DNA of 21,230 nucleotides from Fidelibacterota bacterium. GTDB taxonomy: Bacteria > Fidelibacterota > UBA2242. The position numbers and the translations under genes were made by a program. Position 1 is the stretch's first letter. Every line of letters starts with the position of its first letter. A model generated the notes under the pieces. It saw nothing but the letters and a program-made list of their open reading frames with translations. It searched no databases and was not told the DNA's origin. The stretch covers positions 1 through 21,230 of the forward strand of contig JBNGDF010000035.1 of assembly GCA_049975265.1 (NCBI GenBank), given 5' to 3'. Positions 1 to 8,218 of this stretch are shown one piece after another.

Positions 1-2
1 AA

Positions 3-206
3 GCGGCGTATCTGTACGAATTCCTTCGCCTTAACGAGAAATCCATTTCAAAGATCGTTGAAGCGCTTCAGCTGGGCGACTCGAAGCCGCTTCATGATTA
101 CCCCACGTCAAAGATGCAGTTTGATAAAATCTACCCCCCCGCGTTAATTGCAAGAAAAAAATATTTCAAATTCACTCGTTCTCAGTTTCAACCTGAAAAC
201 GAGTGA
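3..206 (+). CDS. 3' end of an unidentified protein entering the window (partial, 67 codons visible)
   Basis: Frame 3 is open from the window edge (AAYLYEFLRLNEKSISKIVEALQLGDSKPL...QFQPENE) to TGA at 204-206, in the same orientation as the downstream genes. No recognisable motif. Confidence 0.5.
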   Translation, partial: AAYLYEFLRLNEKSISKIVEALQLGDSKPLHDYPTSKMQFDKIYPPALIARKKYFKFTRSQFQPENE

Positions 207-245
207 ATTAGGGCAGAGCGAACAGATGACTCAGCCCGGAATCAG

Positions 246-274
246 TTGTATTTTTACCGCCGCCGGTCTAAATT
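246..274 (+). promoter_or_regulatory. Candidate sigma70-type promoter for mtnP
   Basis: TTGTAT (246-251), 17-nt spacer, TAAATT (269-274), ending 24 nt upstream of the ATG at 299. Confidence 0.35.
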
Positions 275-298
275 TCATCGTTAAAATTGAGAGTGTCT

Positions 299-1159
299 AT
301 GACAGAAAAATTAGGGATTATCGGTGGAACCGGCTTTTACGATCTGGTGGGTTTGGCGGACTCAAAGCGGGTCAAACTGGAAACGCCATTCGGCACCCCC
401 TCCGATGATTTTATCGTTGGTCGGCGTGACAGAAAAGAGGTTGTCTTTATCCCCCGTCACGGCAGACATCACACCATTTTACCTAATAAGATCAATTACC
501 GGGCGAATGTCTGGGGTTTGAAAAGACTGGGTGTGACCCATGTGATTACGATTTCCGCCGTCGGCAGTTTCCGGGAGGAGATTGAGCCGGGTTCGATTGT
601 TTTTATTGATCAGTATGTGGACCGGACGAAAACAGCGGTCAGCGATACCTTCTTCGATGAGGGGATCGCCGTGCATATCTCTTTCGGCGACCCCAACTGC
701 CCCTGCATGCACGCACAGTTAATTGAAATCGCCAGGGAGCTGGGTGTCCGGTTCACCGCCGGCGGTGCCTATGTCAATATCCAGGGTCCGGCGTTCTCGA
801 CCCGGGCGGAGTCCGTTCTCTACCGCTCCTGGGGCATGGCGGTGGTGGGAATGACCAATATGTACGAAGCCCGGCTCTGCCGCGAAGCGGAACTGCACTT
901 CGCCACAATCGCCCAGGTGACCGATTACGACAGCTGGAAAGGTGCCTCGGTGGATGTGCCCGAAATAGTAGGAAATCTGCAGAAATCACTGGAAAGTGCC
1001 GGCAAGGTGGTCTCCGGCTTTATTGGAAAATTTCCCTTCGGTGAGTGTCGTTGTGACTGCTGCGACACCCTGAAATCCGCTATCTATTCGGACCTGAAGT
1101 TACTGACCCCGGCGCTGAAAGAGCGCTACGCATTGCTGCTGAAAAAATATTACCCTTGA
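299..1159 (+). CDS. mtnP: S-methyl-5'-thioadenosine phosphorylase (MTAP)
   Basis: Motifs GIIGGTG, TPFGTPS, RHGRHH, INYRANVWGLK, SAVGS, GPAFSTRAES, VVGMT and TDYDSW. ATG at 299 (MTEKLGII) is preferred over the track's TTG at 287. Confidence 0.93.
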   Translation: MTEKLGIIGGTGFYDLVGLADSKRVKLETPFGTPSDDFIVGRRDRKEVVFIPRHGRHHTILPNKINYRANVWGLKRLGVTHVITISAVGSFREEIEPGSIVFIDQYVDRTKTAVSDTFFDEGIAVHISFGDPNCPCMHAQLIEIARELGVRFTAGGAYVNIQGPAFSTRAESVLYRSWGMAVVGMTNMYEARLCREAELHFATIAQVTDYDSWKGASVDVPEIVGNLQKSLESAGKVVSGFIGKFPFGECRCDCCDTLKSAIYSDLKLLTPALKERYALLLKKYYP

Positions 1160-1239
1160 AATTGTTACCGAAATGATTAAACTATCCCACTTATTTGATA
1201 TGAACTGTTTTACCATTGTCCGTAAGGAGGTCTGAACCG

Positions 1240-4200
1240 GTGATAAAGAAGGTTCCTGCATCTGTCGATTTCATCGCGATTGAACATGAAATGCTCGATT
1301 TCTGGGAGAAAAACCGGGTTTTCCGGAAATTGATTGAAAAAAATGCCAACGGTCCGAAATGGTCATTTATTGACGGACCGATTACCGCCAATAATCCCAT
1401 GGGCGTGCATCACGCCTGGGGACGTACCTATAAGGATGTCTTTCACCGCTACAAAGCCATGAACGGCTTCCGGACCCGCTATCAGAACGGCTTTGACTGC
1501 CAGGGACTCTGGGTGGAGGTGGAAGTCGAGAAGGAGCTGGGCTTCAAATCCAAAACCGATATCGAAGAGTACGGTATTGAGAATTTTGTCACTAAATGCA
1601 AAGAGCGGGTTTATAAATATTCACAGATACAGACCGCTCAATCGATCCGCCTCGGCTACTGGATGGACTGGGATAATTCCTATTATACCATGTCCGATGA
1701 AAATAATTATACTATTTGGCTGTTTCTGAAAAAATGCCACGAAAAGGGCTGGATTTATAAAGGGCACGACGTGATGCCCTGGTGTACCCGCTGCGGTGCG
1801 GCGCTTTCCGAGCATGAGATCGCCACCGAGGGTTACCGTGAGATGACCCATGCCAGCATTACGGTGCGTTTTCCGATTGACGGTCGTGAGAATGAGTACC
1901 TGCTGGTCTGGACGACGACACCCTGGACTCTGACCGCCAATACCGCCGCCGCCGTGCATCCGGAGAAACCCTACCTGAAAATCAGGCAGGGAGAAAATAT
2001 CTACTACCTGATTGACGGTCGTCAAAACGAGATTATCAACGGCGATTTTTCTGTGCTGGAGACGCTGCCGGGCAAGGAGATGCTGGGCTGGAGCTACCGG
2101 GGTCCTTTCGACGAACTGCCGGTCCAAAAAGAGGTCAGGCACACTATCATATCCTGGGAAGAAATCAGCGAAACCGAGGGAACCGGCATTGTCCATATTG
2201 CACCCGGTTGCGGTCAGGAGGACCATGAGCTGGGTAAAGAGCACAAGCTGAGTGTCATTGCACCGCTGGATGAATTCGGAAACTATATCGCCGGTTTCGA
2301 CTGGCTGACCGGGCGGAATGTCAGCGACATTAACAAAGATATATTCCAGAATTTGACGGAAAAGGGCTATAAATACCGTATCGATCAGTATACTCACCGC
2401 TATCCGGTTTGCTGGCGGCACGGCACGGAGCTGGTTTTCCGGCTGGTGGATGAATGGTTTATCGCCATGGATGATGTCCGCCAGGCGATGATGGATGTGA
2501 CCCGCCGGATACGCTGGATTCCCGACTATGGTCTGCAGCACGAACTGGACTGGCTGAAAAACATGCACGACTGGATGATTTCCAAGAAGCGCTACTGGGG
2601 ACTTGCGCTGCCGATTTATGAGTGTCCCGCCTGCGGTGAGATTACAGTGATCGGCGGCAAAGAGGAGCTGCAGGCGCGGGTGGTGGCAGGCTGGGAGGAA
2701 TTCGAAGGTCATTCGCCGCACCGACCCTGGATCGACCGGGTCAAAATCCGCTGCGAAAAATGCGGTGCGGTGGTATCACGGGTGGAGGATGTGGGCAATC
2801 CCTGGCTGGATGCCGGCATTGTTCCCTATTCTACATTGCATTATACTACCAACCGTGATTACTGGAAGGAGTGGTTTCCGGCGGAGTTTATCTGTGAAAG
2901 CCTGCCCGGTCAGTTCCGCAACTGGTTCTATTCGCTGCTGGCGATGAGTACCGTTCTGGAAAACCGGGAGCCCTTTCAGACCATCCTGGGCTACGCTCTG
3001 GTGAAAGATGAAAAGGGTGACGACATGCACAAGAGCGCCGGCAATGCGATCTGGTTCGATGATGCCGCCGAGAAGATGGGCGTTGATGTCATGCGCTGGA
3101 TGTATGTGGATCATAACCCCTTTACCAATCTGAATTTCGGCTACCGGATTGCCAAAGATTTCCGTAAACAGCTGATTACCCTCTGGAACTCCTACTCCTT
3201 TTTTGCTACTTATGCCGCCCTGGACAACTATTCGCCGCAGGAGCACCGGGTCGATTACGGGCAACTTTCTGAGCTGGACCGCTGGCTGCTGGCGCACCTG
3301 AATCTGCTGATCAAAGAGGTCCGCGAAAAATTTGACGATTATGCGCCCGGTCGGGCGATGAAACAGGTCGATGATTTTCTGGATATTTTATCCAACTGGT
3401 ACATTCGTCGCAGCCGCCGCCGTTTCTGGAAATCCGAAGACGATACCGACAAATGGGGCGCTTATCAGACCCTTTATACCACGCTGAAAAGCCTGATTCA
3501 GATTCTGGCGCCGGTAATCCCTTTTGTGACCGATAAGATCTATCAGAATCTGGTGCGGTCGCTGGAACCGAAGGCACCGCTTAGCATTCATCTGACCGAT
3601 TATCCGGTTTGTGATGATGCCAAGGTTGACAACACGCTGATCTCACGGATCGATGCCGTTATCAAAATCGTCAGTATGGGACGGGCGGCGCGCAATAAAG
3701 CCAATCTGAAAGTCCGTCAGCCGCTTCAGACCGTTTGGATCAAGTTGCCGGACGATCTCGCCACGGATACTCTGTCCGATGTAAGCGATCAGATTTTGGA
3801 GGAGCTGAATATCAAAGAGCTGGAATTTGTAACCGACGATTCCCATTTGGCAACTTATATCGTCAAACCGAATTTTGCCACTCTGGGTGTAAAATATGGC
3901 AAAGCCGTGGGCGATATCCGTGCCGCGATTACCAGACAGTCGGCAGCGGAACTGGCACAGAAAATTGCGAAAGGCGGTACTCTCGAAGTGCGGCTGCAAG
4001 ACCAAAAGGTCTATTTGACGGCTGAAGACCTGATTATCGAGCGCCAGGATGCGGAAAATGTAGCGGTAGTGTTTGACGGCGATTATACCGTAGCGGTCTC
4101 CACCCAGCTCACCGACGAACTGGTCAAAGAGGGCTATGTCCGCGATCTGATCCGGCAGATTCAGACCATGCGCAAGGACGCCGATTTCAAAGTCGAAGAC

Positions 4201-4383
4201 CGGATTGTCACGACCATTGAAACCAATGCTACCATCAGAGAGGCAATCGGGGAATTCAGCGACTATTTTCAGCGGGAAACTTTGACCAGTGAGTTACGAT
4301 TTACCTTTTCAACGGGCGAAGCCGAACGGGAAATTACCCTGGATGGTAATAAAGTTCGTGTTTCTGTTTCCCGTATTCCGTAA
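1240..4383 (+). CDS. ileS: Isoleucine--tRNA ligase, type 2 (IleRS2)
   Basis: FIDGPITAN-NPMGVHH (HIGH site), WTTTPWTL and GTGIVHIAPG (editing domain), DWMISKKRYWG, DMHKSAGN (KMSKS site), LSNWYIRRSRRRFW and KVRQPL. The C-terminus is type 2 (LTDELVKEGYVRDLIRQIQTMRK) with no C-terminal zinc finger. SD AAGGAGG at 1224-1230 supports GTG at 1240. Confidence 0.97.
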   Translation: MIKKVPASVDFIAIEHEMLDFWEKNRVFRKLIEKNANGPKWSFIDGPITANNPMGVHHAWGRTYKDVFHRYKAMNGFRTRYQNGFDCQGLWVEVEVEKELGFKSKTDIEEYGIENFVTKCKERVYKYSQIQTAQSIRLGYWMDWDNSYYTMSDENNYTIWLFLKKCHEKGWIYKGHDVMPWCTRCGAALSEHEIATEGYREMTHASITVRFPIDGRENEYLLVWTTTPWTLTANTAAAVHPEKPYLKIRQGENIYYLIDGRQNEIINGDFSVLETLPGKEMLGWSYRGPFDELPVQKEVRHTIISWEEISETEGTGIVHIAPGCGQEDHELGKEHKLSVIAPLDEFGNYIAGFDWLTGRNVSDINKDIFQNLTEKGYKYRIDQYTHRYPVCWRHGTELVFRLVDEWFIAMDDVRQAMMDVTRRIRWIPDYGLQHELDWLKNMHDWMISKKRYWGLALPIYECPACGEITVIGGKEELQARVVAGWEEFEGHSPHRPWIDRVKIRCEKCGAVVSRVEDVGNPWLDAGIVPYSTLHYTTNRDYWKEWFPAEFICESLPGQFRNWFYSLLAMSTVLENREPFQTILGYALVKDEKGDDMHKSAGNAIWFDDAAEKMGVDVMRWMYVDHNPFTNLNFGYRIAKDFRKQLITLWNSYSFFATYAALDNYSPQEHRVDYGQLSELDRWLLAHLNLLIKEVREKFDDYAPGRAMKQVDDFLDILSNWYIRRSRRRFWKSEDDTDKWGAYQTLYTTLKSLIQILAPVIPFVTDKIYQNLVRSLEPKAPLSIHLTDYPVCDDAKVDNTLISRIDAVIKIVSMGRAARNKANLKVRQPLQTVWIKLPDDLATDTLSDVSDQILEELNIKELEFVTDDSHLATYIVKPNFATLGVKYGKAVGDIRAAITRQSAAELAQKIAKGGTLEVRLQDQKVYLTAEDLIIERQDAENVAVVFDGDYTVAVSTQLTDELVKEGYVRDLIRQIQTMRKDADFKVEDRIVTTIETNATIREAIGEFSDYFQRETLTSELRFTFSTGEAEREITLDGNKVRVSVSRIP

Positions 4384-4406
4384 ATTCCGTTAGGAGAAAG
4401 ATCACT

Positions 4407-4805
4407 ATGGAAGCAAAAACAAAAAAGAAGTCATGGAGTCCGGAAGACCTCGAATATTTTAAGAACCTGATTCTTAAAAAGCGGGAAGAGATTCTGAAAG
4501 AGATCAAACGCCTCGAAGCCATTGCCATGAATGACGACAGTATCCAGAGCAACTCCACTCTTGATTCAACGTATGCTTATCACATGGCGGATGTGGGCAC
4601 CGATTCTCAGGAGCGGGAGAAAGCCTTCCTGTGGCTGTCCCGGGAGAATAAACTGCTGTCCCACATGAATAACGCCCTGGAGCGAATTAAAAACAATGAA
4701 TATGGCGTTTGTATCGAGTGCGGCGAGCTGATTCCCAAGGAACGGCTGGAAGAGGTACCTCATACGCAGCACTGCGTCGCCTGCAAGACAAAAAGCAAAA
4801 AGTAA
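4407..4805 (+). CDS. TraR/DksA family C4 zinc-finger transcription factor
   Basis: Coiled coil with an HMADVGTD tip, then ALERIKNNEYGVCIECGELIPKERLEEVPHTQHCVAC (CxxC-x17-CxxC). AGGAG lies upstream. Confidence 0.9.
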   Translation: MEAKTKKKSWSPEDLEYFKNLILKKREEILKEIKRLEAIAMNDDSIQSNSTLDSTYAYHMADVGTDSQEREKAFLWLSRENKLLSHMNNALERIKNNEYGVCIECGELIPKERLEEVPHTQHCVACKTKSKK

Positions 4806-4856
4806 TCCGGTCGATCGATACGACAAATATTTTTTTAGAAATTGCCAAAATCCCGG

Positions 4857-4885
4857 TGGAAAATCAGCGGGGAATTTCGTATAAT
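4857..4885 (+). promoter_or_regulatory. Candidate sigma70 promoter in the dksA-rlu spacer
   Basis: TGGAAA (4857-4862), 17-nt spacer, perfect TATAAT (4880-4885). Confidence 0.45.
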
Positions 4886-4980
4886 ATGGTGTGAGAAAAA
4901 TCTCAAAACCCACTAATGCAAGGATTAACCACCAGCGCTTGCTACTTCTGATTGATGCACTCAAATAATTGACCTCTATG

Positions 4981-5006
4981 ATGCTCAGACAAAAGGTGAG
5001 CGTTTT
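4981..5006 (+). terminator. Weak intrinsic terminator or attenuator-like hairpin
   Basis: ATGCTCA (4981-4987) pairs with TGAGCGT (4997-5003) with one G-U pair, followed by a short T run (5003-5006). Confidence 0.3.
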
Positions 5007-5031
5007 ATAATATGGGCATAGTGCGATTTTA

Positions 5032-6021
5032 ATGAAGGATCCATTGTCCGTCAAAAGACAGATTTTTCGGGTGCAATCAGACCAGGATATGCGCCTCGAT
5101 GTATTTCTTGCCGACCGTTTGAATACGCTCTCCCGGTCGAAGATTCACAATCTGATTCGCGCCGGTGAGGTCACGGTGAACGCAGCCCCTGGCAAACCAA
5201 GCCACCGTCTGAAGGAATCCGACGTTGTCACGATTCATATCCCGGAACCGCCGCCTCTGGAGTTGGTCCCGGAGCAAATACCCTTGGATATTATTTACGA
5301 AGATAACTACTATTTGGCAATCAACAAACCTCCCGGTCTGGTGGTCCACCCCGGCGCCGGCAACCGCCGCGGGACCCTGGTGAGTGGTTTACTAAACTAT
5401 ACCGAGCGGCTCAGCACCGTCGCCGGTCGCATGCGTCCCGGTCTGGTTCATCGTCTGGATAAGGATACCAGCGGAGTGCTGATCGTTGCCAGAAGCGATG
5501 AGGCGCACTGGAAACTCGGTCAACTGTTTGCCGATCACCGGATTTACAAGGAGTACCGGGCACTGGTCTGGGGCGTGCCGTCGCCGGAAGAGGGGACGAT
5601 TGAAGCAAATCTGGAGCGGGACCCCCGCCACCGGCAAAAATATAGGGTTGGTGACGGAGGAAGATTTGCATGCAGTCATTACAGAGTCCTGACGGAGTAT
5701 GAAATTGCGGCGCTGCTGGAGGTGGTGATCGAAACCGGTCGGACGCACCAGATTCGCGTTCATCTGCACCACATCGGTCATCCGGTTATCGGGGATAAAA
5801 CCTACGGCGGCGGTAAACGGTGGTTCAGTAATCTGGGCAAGGCGGAGCAGGACCTGGTGCAGCAACTGGTCGCCCGCAGTGCGCGGCAGATGTTGCATGC
5901 ATACCGGATACGTTTCGAACACCCTTTTCTGAAAGATGAGGTGGAGATTAGGGCGCCGTTACCGGAAGACCTGCAGTCGAATCTGGAACGTTTAGAGGAC
6001 TATCGCAAAAACAATGGATGA
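5032..6021 (+). CDS. rluD: RluA/RluD family pseudouridine synthase with N-terminal S4 domain
   Basis: S4 motif RLDVFLA...SRSKI, NKPPGLVVHPG, catalytic HRLDKDTSG, TGRTHQIRVH, GHPVIGD and MLHA. Confidence 0.9.
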   Translation: MKDPLSVKRQIFRVQSDQDMRLDVFLADRLNTLSRSKIHNLIRAGEVTVNAAPGKPSHRLKESDVVTIHIPEPPPLELVPEQIPLDIIYEDNYYLAINKPPGLVVHPGAGNRRGTLVSGLLNYTERLSTVAGRMRPGLVHRLDKDTSGVLIVARSDEAHWKLGQLFADHRIYKEYRALVWGVPSPEEGTIEANLERDPRHRQKYRVGDGGRFACSHYRVLTEYEIAALLEVVIETGRTHQIRVHLHHIGHPVIGDKTYGGGKRWFSNLGKAEQDLVQQLVARSARQMLHAYRIRFEHPFLKDEVEIRAPLPEDLQSNLERLEDYRKNNG

Positions 6022-6916
6022 GTTGATTCGGCGGTTTATCGATTATCTCAAACAGGAGCGTGCCTATTCGGTGCATACCATCGAAGCCTATGCGCGGGAC
6101 CTGCAGCAGTTTGCGGATTTCTATACGGAATACGCCAATCAGGTTCCGCTGGATGTCCGGAAGATCAACCGGATCGGTGTACGACACTATCTGGGGATGC
6201 TTGCAGAGGCGGGATTGGCGATGAGTTCGATAACCCGGAAGCTGGCGTCGCTGAAGGCATTTTTCAAATATCATGTCCGGGTTGGGACGCTGAATGTCAA
6301 TCCGGTCGCACTGGTTAAATCGCCGAAGACGGATAAAAAACTGCCCACGGTTCTGTCCGAGGAGGAGATTGCCCGCCTGATCGATGACATGTCCGGCGAT
6401 GACGCCTTTGTACCGGTTCGGGACAGAGCGATTTTGGAACTGTTTTACAGTACCGGTATTCGGTTGAGCGAATTGTTAAATTTGAATTACGGAGATGTGA
6501 ACTTCAACGGCTTGACAATCCGGGTTTTCGGAAAGGGTGCTAAAGAGCGGATTGTGCCCTTTGGCAAAAAGGCGGCTCAGGCGCTTCAGCAATATCTGAA
6601 GGTCCGGCGGAGCGAATTTGGACGTGTCAATCTGGAAGATGCGCTGTTTATCAGCCGCCGCAAACGGCGCATGGCACGTCCGACGGTCCAAAAAATGGTA
6701 ACCCGGATGTTAAAATCCGTCTCCCATCAGAAGCACCTCAGCCCCCATGTTCTGCGGCACTCCTTTGCCACCCATCTATTGGATCGGGGCGCTGACCTGA
6801 ATGCCGTCAAAGACCTGCTGGGTCACAACAGTCTTTCGACAACCCAGCTCTATACCCATATTCAGATTGAAACAATGAAGGAAATATATAAACAGGCTCA
6901 CCCCCACGGGGATTAA
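6014..6916 (+). CDS. xerC: Tyrosine recombinase XerC
   Basis: RDRAILELFYSTGIRLSEL, GKGAKER, HVLRHSFATHLL, LLGH, STTQLYTH and C-terminal YKQAHP. 300 aa with an N-terminal SAM-like domain; overlaps the preceding gene by 8 nt. Confidence 0.9.
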   Translation: MDELIRRFIDYLKQERAYSVHTIEAYARDLQQFADFYTEYANQVPLDVRKINRIGVRHYLGMLAEAGLAMSSITRKLASLKAFFKYHVRVGTLNVNPVALVKSPKTDKKLPTVLSEEEIARLIDDMSGDDAFVPVRDRAILELFYSTGIRLSELLNLNYGDVNFNGLTIRVFGKGAKERIVPFGKKAAQALQQYLKVRRSEFGRVNLEDALFISRRKRRMARPTVQKMVTRMLKSVSHQKHLSPHVLRHSFATHLLDRGADLNAVKDLLGHNSLSTTQLYTHIQIETMKEIYKQAHPHGD

Positions 6917-6936
6917 CTTTTTACAAGGGAGTGATT

Positions 6937-7224
6937 ATGAACATTGAAGTAACCTCAAGACACTATGATGCCAGCCTCAAAGTCAGGAAGTACGTAACGG
7001 ATGAATTGGGCAGATTGAATAAGTTTGACCACCTGATAACCTCGATCAGGGTCATTCTGGAAAAATCGAAGGAGGGTGAAATGGTGGAAATAACCGTCCA
7101 TGTATCCGGTAAAGACCTTGTATGTTCCGAATCCAGTGATGATATTATTAAGTCGATTGATCTGGCGGTCGATAAGATGGAGCGACAGTTGAAAAAATTT
7201 AAAGGAAAGAGGTATTCACACTAA
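6937..7224 (+). CDS. hpf: Ribosome hibernation promoting factor (short HPF/RaiA)
   Basis: MNIEVTSRH...SIDLAVDKMERQLKKFK. AAGGGAG upstream favours ATG at 6937. Confidence 0.92.
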   Translation: MNIEVTSRHYDASLKVRKYVTDELGRLNKFDHLITSIRVILEKSKEGEMVEITVHVSGKDLVCSESSDDIIKSIDLAVDKMERQLKKFKGKRYSH

Positions 7225-8204
7225 TGCAAGAACCACTTACCGTTGAGAGAATGTTTAAGGAAAACCAGAAGGTTTTCAAGCTGAAGCGCTATCTCAAAGA
7301 GGTCGGTTTCAACCGGGTGATCACCTCCTCGAAGCTCAATCGACCCGGGCTGGAGTTGACCGGCTTCTGGAAGTATTTTGACAAGTCGCGAATCCAGATC
7401 ATCGGGCGCAAAGAAAACATGTATTTCCGCACATTGTCGCAGGAGGACCGCAAACGGATCCTGCAGAAGCTGATCAAGTCGGGAACGCCCGCCATTATTT
7501 TTGCGCACGGTGCCAAACCGCCGGATTTCTCACTGGACCTCGCCAGGGAAGAGAGGCTTGCCCTGTTCTCAACTCCTATGTTGACCAGTAACCTGATCGG
7601 TCAGTTGATGGACTTTCTGGATTGGAATCTGGCTCCTTCGACAATCGTACACGGTTCGCTGGTGGATGTATACGGCGTCGGTCTGCTGTTGACCGGACGC
7701 AGCGGTATCGGTAAAAGTGAGGTGGCGCTCGACCTGGTTGAACGCGGACACCGACTCGTCGCCGATGACATTGTGAAAATTATCCGCCGGGCGGACAACG
7801 TCATTATCGGCACCAGTAACGAGTTTCTGGAACATCATATGGAGGTGCGCGGACTCGGCATTGTCGATGTGCGCAATCTGTTCGGGATTCAGGCTATCCG
7901 TCAGCAAAAACGGGTCGAGGTGCAGGTCGAACTGGTGGAATGGGACGACAATACCAGTTACGAACGGATCGGCTCGGTGGAGAAGTATGTCAAGATTCTT
8001 GAGGTTAATACGCCGATCGTCAAATTGCCCATTTATCCCGGAAAGAATATTACGGTGATCGCCGAAGTAATTGCCATGAACCATTTGCTGAAATTTATGG
8101 GAAAAAACACAGCCCGGGATTTCGAGCGCAAACTGGCGGCAAAAATACGAAAAAAATCACAAATTTCTCTGCTGCGGGAGTACCTGCAGAAGGATTTTGA
8201 ATAA
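7224..8204 (+). CDS. hprK: HPr(Ser) kinase/phosphorylase
   Basis: NRPGLELTG, HGSLVDVYGVG, Walker A GRSGIGKSE, RGHRLVADD and MEVRGLGI. TAATG overlap with hpf. Confidence 0.96.
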   Translation: MQEPLTVERMFKENQKVFKLKRYLKEVGFNRVITSSKLNRPGLELTGFWKYFDKSRIQIIGRKENMYFRTLSQEDRKRILQKLIKSGTPAIIFAHGAKPPDFSLDLAREERLALFSTPMLTSNLIGQLMDFLDWNLAPSTIVHGSLVDVYGVGLLLTGRSGIGKSEVALDLVERGHRLVADDIVKIIRRADNVIIGTSNEFLEHHMEVRGLGIVDVRNLFGIQAIRQQKRVEVQVELVEWDDNTSYERIGSVEKYVKILEVNTPIVKLPIYPGKNITVIAEVIAMNHLLKFMGKNTARDFERKLAAKIRKKSQISLLREYLQKDFE

Positions 8205-8218
8205 TACTGAGAGGGATT

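Noticed and set aside
1160..1239. T-box leader for ileS
   Set aside because: The spacer is only 80 nt and has no T-box motif or terminator. At most it has a weak promoter (TTGAAA-16-TAAACT at 1156-1183).
4916..4951. 11-codon leader peptide MQGLTTSACYF
   Set aside because: No ribosome-binding site and no informative codon run.
4566..5054. 162-aa minus-strand ORF across the dksA-rlu spacer
   Set aside because: It overlaps two real genes in antisense, has no motifs and does not resemble LspA.
6014..6916. Tyrosine recombinase as the integrase of a mobile element
   Set aside because: It has XerC size and motifs, host-like GC and a housekeeping xerC-hpf-hprK context, with no att sites or cargo.
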